This document shows positions 49,436-59,176 of a stretch of DNA of 64,000 bases, in pieces. Source of the DNA: Dehalococcoidia bacterium. Its GTDB lineage: Bacteria > Chloroflexota > Dehalococcoidia > Lucifugimonadales > UBA3495. The DNA lies in assembly GCA_965220305.1 (NCBI GenBank), contig OZ244817.1, positions 342,035-406,034 on the forward strand. Reading direction: 5' to 3'. The translations under genes were made by a program, and so were the position numbers. The notes under the pieces are model-generated. The model was given only the letters and a program-made list of their open reading frames with translations, did no database searches and was not told the DNA's origin. Position 1 is the first letter of the stretch, and every line of letters begins with the position of its first letter.

Positions 49436-50246
49436 GAGTATAGGCGCTCCGGTTGATGCCCATTATCTCCTTGACTTTGTCCATCAAGCTCGACTTGGCA
49501 TCCAAATCAACTAGAGGTATTTTCTCCCCGTCCACCCTGGCGGCGATTCGGGTGAAGGCCGCGCCGGAGGGGGCCCGTTTATCGTTGATGACGGGTATCC
49601 CCTGGTTGGTGGCCGCAATCAGGTGGTCGTCGGCTGGCACCAACCCCAAAATTTCCACCGACAGCAGGTCAATGATGTCGTCTTTATCCATCATGTCACC
49701 CCGCTTCACCAAACCGGGACGTACCCGGTTGATGATGAGGCGCGGATTATGTAATCCCGCGGCCTCCAGCAGTCCGATCACCCGGTCGGCATCCCGTATC
49801 GCCGAGACTTCCGGGGTGGTGACGATGATAGCCTCTTGGGCTCCCCCGATGGCGTTGCGGAAGCCCTGTTCGATACCGGCGGGACAGTCCACCAGCACGT
49901 AGTTGAACTCCTGCTCCAGCTTTTGGCACAGTTCGCGCAACTGGTCCGGTTCGATGCAGTTCTTGTCCCTGGTCTGGGCGGCGGGAATCAGGTACAGGTC
50001 GTAGTTGTGCTTGTCCCTAATCATGCCCTGGTTCAACCGGCAGTTTCCTTCGATGATGTCCACCAAGTCGTAAACGATCCGGTTTTCCAGGCCCATGACT
50101 ACATCCAGATTTCGCAGGCCGATGTCGGTATCTATTACCACCACCCGGTGTCCCCGCAGGGCCAGCCCCGCGCCGATGTTGGCAGTGGTGGTAGTCTTGC
50201 CCACACCCCCTTTCCCCGAGGTGATAACTATGGTCTTACCCGCCAT
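49428..50246 (-). CDS. minD: Septum-site-determining ATPase MinD
   Basis: Start at MAGKTIVITSGKGGVGKTTTTANIG (deviant Walker A). It overlaps the minC stop. Confidence 0.95.
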   Translation of the reverse strand: MAGKTIVITSGKGGVGKTTTTANIGAGLALRGHRVVVIDTDIGLRNLDVVMGLENRIVYDLVDIIEGNCRLNQGMIRDKHNYDLYLIPAAQTRDKNCIEPDQLRELCQKLEQEFNYVLVDCPAGIEQGFRNAIGGAQEAIIVTTPEVSAIRDADRVIGLLEAAGLHNPRLIINRVRPGLVKRGDMMDKDDIIDLLSVEILGLVPADDHLIAATNQGIPVINDKRAPSGAAFTRIAARVDGEKIPLVDLDAKSSLMDKVKEIMGINRSAYTHA

Positions 50247-51183
50247 ACAATGTTCCTCCGCTGTATCCCGCAAACCTTCCGACATAGCGGTCAACATAGA
50301 TGGACCGCTCCCGCACGTAAGCTATCTTGGGAACAGTCCCAGTTGATTTGGATTCCCGGGTCGAATGTGTCGCTGCTCCGCTGCAAAGACCTATCTGCAG
50401 CCGGGGCGCGTCCAGGTTCATGGCTATGATGGCCGCGTCGTGGTTGCCCTCGCATCCGGCGTGGGCCAGACCCCTCAGGCTGCCCATGACGACGATGTCT
50501 CCACCGGCGATTATCTCTGCGCCGGGATTGACATCGCCCAGGATGATTATGTCTCCGTGGTGCCTGATTTCCTCTCCGGAGCGGCAGGTGACCTTGACCA
50601 GGAGGGCGTCGGTGGACCGACTCTCCGATGGGCTTCGGCGAAGTTCCCTCCTTGGCGTAGCAGAGGTCTTGGCCGGCGTTGCGACGGCGCTGGACCGGGA
50701 ACGCTTGGGGGCCGGTCCCTTTGGTTGGACTTCCTTTCCGGACTCCTCCTCCGCTTTTAGCTGCGCCAAGTAAGCGGCTTCAATAAACTTCGCCGACTCT
50801 GGGCCCTCCCAGCCGTCGGTAATACCTCTCCTCTGATCGGGTCGAGAGGGAGAAGCGGTAGCTCTAGCCAACTGTTCCAACTGGCCGCTGCTGCCCTCCC
50901 CTCCCGAAGCCACGGCATCCAAGACATCCGGGGCGCACCAATAGCGGGTTACGTTGAAGCCCCATCCCTGCTCCAGGGTCTGTTTGATTTGGGCCATTTC
51001 GTCCGCGCTGGCCAGCCGGCGTCCCACGTTAACTGAGACGCTTCCTCTGGAGTACAGGGTCCGGTTCTCCTTCAGGTACGCCTGCAGGGACTCAATCACC
51101 TTGGCAAAGGGAACGGAGTCGTCGATGGTGAAATCAACATTGCTGCCCCGTCCCACCACCTGGATTACGTCGTTTTCCAGCAT
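50236..51183 (-). CDS. minC: Septum-site-determining protein MinC
   Basis: C-terminal beta-helix ..RSGEEIRHHGDIIILGDVNPGAEIIAGGDIVVMGSLRGLAHAG.. It is the first gene of minCDE and has a long low-complexity linker. Confidence 0.85.
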   Translation of the reverse strand: MLENDVIQVVGRGSNVDFTIDDSVPFAKVIESLQAYLKENRTLYSRGSVSVNVGRRLASADEMAQIKQTLEQGWGFNVTRYWCAPDVLDAVASGGEGSSGQLEQLARATASPSRPDQRRGITDGWEGPESAKFIEAAYLAQLKAEEESGKEVQPKGPAPKRSRSSAVATPAKTSATPRRELRRSPSESRSTDALLVKVTCRSGEEIRHHGDIIILGDVNPGAEIIAGGDIVVMGSLRGLAHAGCEGNHDAAIIAMNLDAPRLQIGLCSGAATHSTRESKSTGTVPKIAYVRERSIYVDRYVGRFAGYSGGTLYGG

Positions 51184-51484
51184 CAGGGCGCTCCCGGCGC
51201 CGGGGTGGGACGGCCAAGTCCTCTAGCCACGCGGACGTGCGAACAGAAGGGTTGAAATTCCATGAGGCAAAGTCATCTCCATATAGATAAGCTAACAGGA
51301 ATGCCCACACATGGAGGGTCAAAGAGGGGTTACCACCGCACTACCACTCTCCTCCCAATGGTCCAAGGCGTTTATAACAGGATGAATTTCCTTAAGTCAA
51401 GGTAATGAAGAGGCCAATTTGTGGAAAAGTGTGTTTGTAGGTAAGGGGCCAAAGCGGGTAGATGATTGGACCTGCGCCCCGGCG

Positions 51485-52657
51485 TTAGCCGGGGCGTCCA
51501 AATATCGCCAAGGAGCAGGTGAAGGAACCGGGCCGGCCACCCAGGTTGTGCGTCAGTCCCAAGTCGGCCTTTCCCAACTGGCGGGGTCCAGCCTTGCCTT
51601 GCAACTGCTTGTAGACTTCGTAAATCATGCGTATGCCACTGGCGCCGATGGGGTGGCCGAAGCATTTCAGGCCCCCGTCGGTATTGACCGGCAAGTCGCC
51701 TTCCAGGCTAAACGTCCCAGCCTCCACATCCTCGCTGGCGCGGCCCCGGGGACTGAAACCCAGGTCCTCGTAGATAATCAACTCGGTTATGGTGAAACAA
51801 TCATGCACCATCGCCAGGTCTACCTCTTCCCGGGGACTGGTTACCCCGGCTTCCTGATAGGCTGCCTGGCTGGCGCGCACCGTCTCGGGGAAATGGGTGA
51901 AGTCCCAGTCGCTTCGCAGCACTCCGAAGGCTCCCACGGCGAGGCCCAGACCCTTGACCAAAACGTAGTCTTTCCGAAGGCTGCTGGCAATCTCGGGAGT
52001 GGTTATGATGGCGGCGGCGGCCCCATCGCTTACCCCGCAGCAGTCGAACAACCCCAGAGGCCAGGCAATCATGGGTGCATTCATCGCCTGCTCCAAGCTC
52101 AACTCCCGCTGAAAGTGCGCCTTGGGGTTGAGGGTGCCGTTGTGGTGATTCTTGGCGGCAATGCGGGCCAACGTACGTTTGCCCTCTTCATAGGGGATGT
52201 CATATTGGTGAAAGTAGCGGGTTGCGGCCATGGCGAACTGGGAGGGGGGCGGTGTCGGAGGGGTCACGTCGGAGCCGGGAGCTTCGGGTATGGCCAGGCC
52301 GGAGAAACCGGAGTCCTTGAGCTTCTCCACTCCCAGGGCCAGCACTATGTCATATATACCGGCGGCGACCGCATAGCAGGCATTGCGGAAGGCATCGGTG
52401 GCTGTGGCGCAGGCATTCTCCACCCGGGTTATGGGAATGTAGTCCAGCTTCAAAGCCTCTGCCAGGGGTTGCCCGGTGCGGAATGAACTCACGGTACCCA
52501 ACCAAGCTGCCTGGATGTCCTTGGCCTCAATTCCGGCGTCGGCGTAGGCTTCGTAGGCCGCTTCGACCATCAGGTCGGCGGCACTAGAGTCCCAACGCTC
52601 CCCGAACTTGGTGCAACCCATACCTATTATCGCTACCCGGTCTTTGATACCGTTCAT
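51485..52657 (-). CDS. Thiolase-family protein (SCP-x / archaeal-type)
   Basis: ..AIIGMGCTKFGE.., nucleophile motif VENACATATDAF, and ..NTDGGLKCFGHPIGASG... Confidence 0.85.
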   Translation of the reverse strand: MNGIKDRVAIIGMGCTKFGERWDSSAADLMVEAAYEAYADAGIEAKDIQAAWLGTVSSFRTGQPLAEALKLDYIPITRVENACATATDAFRNACYAVAAGIYDIVLALGVEKLKDSGFSGLAIPEAPGSDVTPPTPPPSQFAMAATRYFHQYDIPYEEGKRTLARIAAKNHHNGTLNPKAHFQRELSLEQAMNAPMIAWPLGLFDCCGVSDGAAAAIITTPEIASSLRKDYVLVKGLGLAVGAFGVLRSDWDFTHFPETVRASQAAYQEAGVTSPREEVDLAMVHDCFTITELIIYEDLGFSPRGRASEDVEAGTFSLEGDLPVNTDGGLKCFGHPIGASGIRMIYEVYKQLQGKAGPRQLGKADLGLTHNLGGRPGSFTCSLAIFGRPG

Positions 52658-52714
52658 CTATCGTCTCCTGACCACCTGTGCCTATTCTGTAGAACCCACT
52701 TCCCCAGACAAGCA

Positions 52715-54151
52715 TCACTGAGCGGCCATTCGTTGGGGTATGGCTTTCCAGTAGTAGTTATGTATTCCCCCCACCACTCGTAGCTTCCGGAAACTCATCA
52801 TTACCGGCATGCCGACCTTAACATCGTCCAATTCCCGGTCGGTCATCATGCACAGCAGGCGGCCCCCACACTGAAAGTCCACCACGGCAACCACCAAGGG
52901 AGTATCCGTGGTGCCGGCGATGTAGTCCAAGGAATAGGTGAACACCGTGCCCGGCTGGTCACTCAGCCGGATTGGGGACGAATCGCCGCGCACCCGGCAG
53001 TTCACGCAGACCTGTTGAGGTGGGTATTGAACGTAATCACAGCTATTGCACCTGCCCCCGTAGAAGCGCAGGTTCTTATCGGCCTCCCTCCAGAGGGCCG
53101 CCACCGACGGTGGATTGGGGGTAGGACGCCTCGTCGCATCCTCGGTGGCCCAAACGTGCCGCCAGCGGGCATAGGTCTCGTAGTCGCCCAGCGTCCGCTT
53201 GGCTCCCAGGTAGTCGGCCAGCCGGTTTGCCCTGGGAATTTTGCCACTGGGAATATCGGCGGCGCGAAAGGCCAGGGCGTCGCTTCCGTCCCCGTAGGAG
53301 AGGGCCAGCAACAGTTGCCCCGGCGCAGAATCTTCCAGAGCGTTTACCAACAACATCAGGGGAAAAGCCGCGCCGGTATTGCCCATTTTGCCGAATAATG
53401 GGTCTTGGACCTGCTCTGCGGCCAAACCCAGGTGCCGGGACAGGGATGCGTGACGGCGGGCGTCCGGGGCGTACAAAGCGACCTTACTTATGTCAGCTAT
53501 GGACATGCCGTACTTGTCCAAGAACCCTCCGGCAGTCTCCCCAATGATTCGCTCCAAGCCTTCCTCGGTGACGAAACGGTCTTCCCAGGACCGCACAAAG
53601 GGGTCGCCCGGGGAGCGCCAGTTGTCCAACATATTCTGGGTAATGGAGTGGAAGCCCACGAAATCGGCGATCAACTCCTCGGCGGCCACCAGCAGGGCAA
53701 CGGCGCCGTCGCCGGAATTCCGCTCGGTGTCGCTGCGAGGCGCTCCCTGCCTGCTGTCGCTAACCACCACCAGCACCTGACGGGACGACCCGGCGGCGAC
53801 TGAATCCAGGGCCATTCTCACGGCGGAGGTGCCAGCCCGTAGAACATCGGTGACATCGGCGGCGAAAATCTCCTCGCGCAGGTCCAAGGCGGCAGCGACA
53901 ATGGCGGCGCATTGCTTCTCGGCGTAAGGGGGAGTGGTACTGGCGAATAGCAGACCGTCCACCGCCCGACGGTCGTGGCCAGAAAGGCACTCGCTTCCCG
54001 CGGCCACAGCCATGGTTACACTGTCTTCGTCAAAATTGGCTACCGAGCGTTCGATAGGGGAGTTCCACCCGTCGGTCTCTGGGCCCAGGCGGAACTTGGG
54101 AACATACACACCGTAGGAAGCGATTCCGACCAAGAGTTGGCAACCTCCCAT
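52715..54151 (-). CDS. HMG-CoA-synthase-like domain fused to C-terminal DUF35 (zinc-ribbon/OB-fold)
   Basis: N-terminal ~330 aa have the HMGCS/KAS-III-like fold pattern (..IASYGVYVPK.., ..SVANFDEDSVTMAV..). The C-terminus has CNSCDYVQYPPQQVCVNC plus ..GTVFTYSL...PLVVAVVDF..G.R... as in DUF35. Confidence 0.75.
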   Translation of the reverse strand: MGGCQLLVGIASYGVYVPKFRLGPETDGWNSPIERSVANFDEDSVTMAVAAGSECLSGHDRRAVDGLLFASTTPPYAEKQCAAIVAAALDLREEIFAADVTDVLRAGTSAVRMALDSVAAGSSRQVLVVVSDSRQGAPRSDTERNSGDGAVALLVAAEELIADFVGFHSITQNMLDNWRSPGDPFVRSWEDRFVTEEGLERIIGETAGGFLDKYGMSIADISKVALYAPDARRHASLSRHLGLAAEQVQDPLFGKMGNTGAAFPLMLLVNALEDSAPGQLLLALSYGDGSDALAFRAADIPSGKIPRANRLADYLGAKRTLGDYETYARWRHVWATEDATRRPTPNPPSVAALWREADKNLRFYGGRCNSCDYVQYPPQQVCVNCRVRGDSSPIRLSDQPGTVFTYSLDYIAGTTDTPLVVAVVDFQCGGRLLCMMTDRELDDVKVGMPVMMSFRKLRVVGGIHNYYWKAIPQRMAAQ

Positions 54152-54426
54152 TAAATGGGGACCCGAACCGGGTTGCCGACATGCTAGCAGTAGGCTATAG
54201 GAGTGTCAAATGAGGTAGAAGCAAAGAAAGGACTGGAACAAATCCCGTTGGTCAGCCGGGTTGACATCCAACGCACCGGCTGATGTAATAACCGCTAGGT
54301 CGGGGTGATCATCCCTGCCAAATATGCCCAATCTCCAAGCTATTTGGCATTGCTCGGAGGGGCCAAGCTGTCAGCGGGTCCCCTATCCGGGCATTGAAGG
54401 GTGCTCAGCGGATAGTCCAAGGCTAT

Positions 54427-54503
54427 GGGCGGTTAGCTCAGATGGTTAGAGCGCCTGCTTTACACGCAGGAGGCCGCAGGTTCGAGTCCTGCACTGCCCA
54501 CCA
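54427..54503 (+). tRNA. tRNA-Val (anticodon UAC), CCA encoded
   Basis: 77 nt. Acceptor GGGCGGT/ACTGCCC; anticodon stem CCTGC/GCAGG with loop UUUACAC; T arm GCAGG-TTCGAGT-CCTGC. Confidence 0.9.
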
Positions 54504-55019
54504 GTTTATAGCTAAGACCTGAGGAGTATCGAACTCCCCATCGTTGTCGTAGCCCTCTGACCCTATCTTGAACGCTGAAGTGGCGAACTGGGACACCCAA
54601 CCATACTCCGTTCGAGCCTCCCTCTATTCCGAAACACACGAAAAGATGCGCAAGGCCATTTGCATTCACGGGATGCTCCCTTCAGCGAGTCCAATCATCC
54701 CACAAAACTCCCGTGTCAAGGGCGGCTCAGGATTTGGGAGCGGATCACCCATGGCCATCCCGTACTCCCGGTCCTCATTATTTTGAAGGCGAGTCAGGTC
54801 TTTCTCATTGCTCCCAACTCAGGATGGAGCCCGACCCGTGTTGCTCTTTGCGCTTGACTGAAAGCGTACCCAGCGATAGCATTGTCATAAGTAAAGCCCG
54901 TCCGCCTGATTATGGTGTCGATCCATGTGCAGGGCGGGTTTTTCGTTGATTCATGTTCCGCCAAATGATGCCATATCTGCCCGCGAGCTTTATCTGGCAG
55001 AGCTAAAGGGTTCGCTCAT

Positions 55020-56771
55020 ATGCACGTAAAAAAGTTGCACATACGTAATTTTCGCGGATTTTCCGACCTAACGGTTAAGCCAAGGGGTCATGTGGTAATC
55101 ATGGGCGAGCCAAGCGCAGGGCGCTCTGACTTGATCGAAGCGTTAGGACGAGTGCTCGACGCCAACTCGAGCCGTACCCGCATAACCACGGAATTGGACT
55201 TTCACTTGGGGGACACGAACCAGCCCATTGAGATCACGCTCACTCTTGGGGCCCTGGGAGATAGTGTGACTCAGGACTTCTTTGACCATCTGGAGTTGTG
55301 GGACACGGCAGAGGACCAACTCGTTGAGGAGACTGAGGCCACTGAGGAATCCGATGGCGTCTGCTATGAGTGGGTCTTGCGATTGGGATACAGGGCCAAG
55401 TGGTTAACTGCGGAGGAACGTTCCGACGAGTGGGTGTTTTATCCAAAGGAATCCGATCCTGCTGCCGATTCATTCGTCCATGCCAGGCGCCGCGACATCG
55501 AGACCTTGGGGTTCGGATTGCTCCATTGGAGCGGCGCGAGAATACTGGAACTGGGTCCCAGGAGCAGCTTTCGCAGAGTGCTCAATAATGCTAACGGGGG
55601 CGACTTTGCGGCAGCGGTTACCCAATACGTGGATGGAGTGGGCCAAGCCGCGTCCCGGTTCGTTGGGTCAACCCAAGTCAAATCGGCACTTGAAGAAGTC
55701 ATCGCTCCGTTGCGCGACCTGCTGGACATACCTACGGCCGATGTTTCCAACCTGTTCCAGTTCACCCCGGAAGGAGGTTCGTCTAGCGGCCTCTTGCGGT
55801 CTCTGGGTCCTTCAATTGATCTCGGTGATGGCGCTGGTAGCCTCCCCGCATGGCGCCAGGGTTCGACCACCGCTTCCCTTTTCCGGGTAGCGGAAGCCCT
55901 CGCCTCTGTGGCAGGAACCGGAGCGGTCTTGGCGGTCGACGATCTTGGCGACTGTATTGACTCAGCCGCAGCGGCCCACCTGGCTGTCTCTATACGTGAT
56001 TCAGCCGGACAGCTTTGGGTTACGACCCGACTTCCTGCGGTCGCAGAGGTTTTCGAACCCCAGGAAGTCTTACGAATGGGCAAGGACGCTAACGGCACGC
56101 GGATTGCCATCGGCGGCAAGCAGCCGGTAACCAAGGCCGAATCCGTGGTTTTCAAGCACTGGCATAGAAACCTGCTGCCGGCGCTGAGTTACCGCTCTGT
56201 GATAGTGGTGGAGGGGCCCTACGACTTTGCTGCGCTTCATTCTTTGGCCTTGCGAATGTTCGATGAGGAGGGATTCACCCTGCCGGCAACGCGCAGGGTG
56301 GCGATTGTCAACGCCGGGGCGGGCGGCGGTGGCGGCTACTCCAACGTACTGAAGCTGGCTAGGGAGGCGAAAGAGATTGGACTTCGGGCCGTGGGAGCAG
56401 TTGATGGAGACACGCGCAGCGAAGCCCAACAGTTCGTGCAGGCTAACCAAGGGATGGCAAACATTGTGGTGCGGCTCCCGGACGGGCACGCCATTTAGGC
56501 AGCCATAATCGACGGCATTCCGGATGACGTTCTCCGGGGAACAATCAGTGACATCGCGACTGCGGCTGGCTTGCCCGGTTCTCATAATCTCGCAAGCCTT
56601 TCGGGCACCCCGCTTGGTAAAGAGGCCATTCAGTTCATTAAGGGCAACTCCTTACATGGCCAGTTTGTCGACACCCTCCCGTCGGGAAGTCTCCCAATTT
56701 TGGGATGCTGTTACCTGAAGAAACTCATTCAAGCGGCGACTGGGACCGACACTGGGCTGGTGCAGCTATGA
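55020..56771 (+). pseudogene. OLD-family ATPase/Toprim nuclease (class-2 OLD, GajA-like) interrupted by an in-frame TAG at 56496..56498
   Basis: N-terminus MHVKKLHIRNFRGFSDL; P-loop GEPSAGRS; Walker-B-like LAVDDLG; Toprim VIVVEGPYDFAAL and GAVDGD. The frame stays open for 90 more codons after the TAG, to the TGA at 56769-56771, which overlaps the next ATG. Confidence 0.7.
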
Positions 56772-58400
56772 ACTTCGAGGACCTTGATTGCCGACAACGC
56801 CAAGTCGTTGATGCTGTCGTCCACTCTGATGACAGTATGCTTGTGTTGGGCGGACCAGGGACCGGAAAGACGACGACGGCTCTGTGGTCGGCGAGAGCCT
56901 ACCTAGAGAACTCGGAGGAGAGCCCGTCGCCGCGCGCGCTCTTTTTGACCTTCTCTCGTTCTGCGGTCGGCCAGATCATGGCCCGTTCTCCGGGTGTGAT
57001 GTCAGGGTACGAAGACAGAGTCGAAGTTACCACGTTTCACGCCTTGGCTTATCGTCTGATCGGTTCATTTGGCCGTTACGCGGGGTACGGCACTACTCTC
57101 CCTTCTGTTCAAACGGAGGCGCGCGGGAAGCTGTTGGGGTACGATAATAGCAAGCTCCGGTACAACGACCTTATTCCAGGGGCCTTGGCAATCCTTGAGC
57201 GCAGTCCCCACGTCAGGCAGATTCTTGGCAATAGGTGGGGTCTGGTCATATGCGACGAGGCCCAACACCAACGAAATACAGTGGGACTTTCTCCTGCGCC
57301 TTGCTTCGAGAAAGCTACTCCTGCTGGGCGACCCAAATCAGATGATCTATACGTTTATTCCTGGAGTCTCGCCAGAGAGATTTCGTAAGATGCGGGAGTG
57401 GGCGGACCGGAAAATTGAACTTAACCCCAGGTCCCACAGAGACCCGTCAGGGGCGATCCCGGCGCTGGCTGAGGCCGTACGCCAGCGGCAGTTCCAAGAC
57501 GATGCCGTTTTGAACGCCTTGAGAGATGAACGTCTGGCCATACACTTCGATACAGACGAGGAGGACGTCCCCGATCTGATCTCTGACATCATAAAAACCG
57601 TAAGGCTGCGGGGCTCCCGAGATGTCGTCATCTTCGTACACTCCAACACCGCAGTCGCCGAACTTGCGGAGCAGCTCGAAGAAGCCGGGATCAATTACGT
57701 GTTGATTGGGATACCGGAGGCGTACTCTGAGGCGCTCGGGTCCATGGCTGCTCAATGCGCCTTCGCCCTGGGCCTGGCCTCCGACGAGGACGTGCGCAGG
57801 TCGCTAGGTTTGTTCTTAACCGCTAGCATGAGAAGGGCCAGGGCTCCCTTGATAGCGCGGGCACTGGTCGGGAAGGCGCCATTACCTGAACTGGTTGACC
57901 AAGCGGTGCAAAGACTCGAGGACTCGCTGATGGAGGCAAGCCAAGGCACAGTTGGGGACCTAGCCGAGATCGCCGTCAAATCTTGGGAGGGCATCGGAAT
58001 TCAGTCCAGCTATCGCCCTTGGCGCAATGCCTCAACCCACTTCAACCGTTTGATTAGGCCTATTCAGCATATGTCGGCCTCGGTTGAATCCTTGGGGCAG
58101 CTGCTTGAAGTGGTTGAGCATAGCCAAGTAGAAGCTCTAATCGACCGGGATTACTCGGAGCAAGGCCGCATTAAGCTGATGAACTATCACCAGACCAAGG
58201 GGCGTGAGGCCGACACTGTGGTTCACCTTTTCCGGCCGGATGACTATTTCGGTAAGGAAAAGGAACCTTATGAAGAAACGTCGCGGCTGCTCAATGTAGC
58301 CATTTCGCGCGGTAAGCAGCAGGTTGTTATCATCCTGCCCTCAAGCCCTCACCCGTTGGTCGAACCGTTCCTCGCCCTAAGGGACTATCAGGCCAAATGA
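56768..58400 (+). pseudogene. UvrD/PcrA-like SF1 helicase (GajB-like) with a frameshift at ~57266 inside motif II
   Basis: Walker A LVLGGPGTGKTTTA. Motif II reads ICDEAQ, then the frame changes, then TNEIQWDFLLRL..LLLLGDPNQ. The C-terminal motif is NYHQTKGREADTVV. It is split between ORFs 56705..57388 and 57069..58400. Confidence 0.7.
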
Positions 58401-58694
58401 TTTAGGGATCTAGTCCAAGGATTCCTGTGTGCGCAGCGCTAGTAGTCCGAAATCTTTGAAATGAAGAGTAACCGAGATTGGCGCGAGCACCCCACGATAC
58501 TTGGGAAAATGTTGCTCTCCACCAAAACGCCTGCTCTTCATACCATCATTTCAACGCTGTTGGACCACTAGAGTACAGTCGCCCACCTACCTACGGATTC
58601 ACGGAGCGACTGGGCTAGCTGGACGGCTATTCCATATACGTTCGATTTAATGCCAAGCAAGTTGTAGAATCTGATGCCCCACCCTGGTCAGGCC

Positions 58695-59176
58695 ATGGTC
58701 GTCAAAACCTTCAGCTACACCGGCAAATACATGGCTCGGCGTCTGTTTGAGGTGGACCCCATCGGTTGGATCAGGGTGTCGGGGTGAAGACTCTTACGCG
58801 AAACCCTGTGCAGGAGGACCCTATCGGAGGGCGGGTAATGGTGGCAACCCGGGACTTTTCCGACCCGCAGGGGTTGCGGCGGTCTATGCAGGGGGAGGGC
58901 GTTCTCTACAACACCTACTGGATATGGTTTGGTCACCGACTAAGACGTTCGAGTAGGCAGTGGAGAAGCCAATCTGCTTTTCGTAGCTCCTTCCCAAGGG
59001 GGAGTCAGGAGGATCGTCCACTTCTCGGCGGCTAACGCCTCATCGGTGGGTCCCAACTTACCCCGGCTGGCCGGGAGGTTACTGCACGACGTTGCGCTCA
59101 CCCATGATGAGGTGGCCGGGGCCTGATGGCGGGGTTCTCGACTTATGGTTTGGGGGAGTGCATGTGTCCGAACTGA
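58695..59176 (+). pseudogene. Decayed NAD(P)H-binding SDR-family gene remnant (multiple frameshifts, stops and an internal deletion)
   Basis: Fragments lie in three frames: MVVKTFSYTGKYMARRLFE; GVKTLTRNP..ATRDFSDPQGLRRSMQGEGVLYNTYWIWFGH; GVRRIVHFSAANAS..LAGRLLHDVALTHDEVAG/LMAGFST. Confidence 0.55.

Noticed and set aside
56496-56498. The in-frame TAG in the OLD/GajA-like gene as a pyrrolysine or stop-codon-reassignment signal.
   Set aside because: TAG terminates many well-defined genes in this same window, such as rnd, the acyl-CoA ligase, purC, purS, purE and dapL. No pyl genes are present. A nonsense mutation or base-call error is far more parsimonious.
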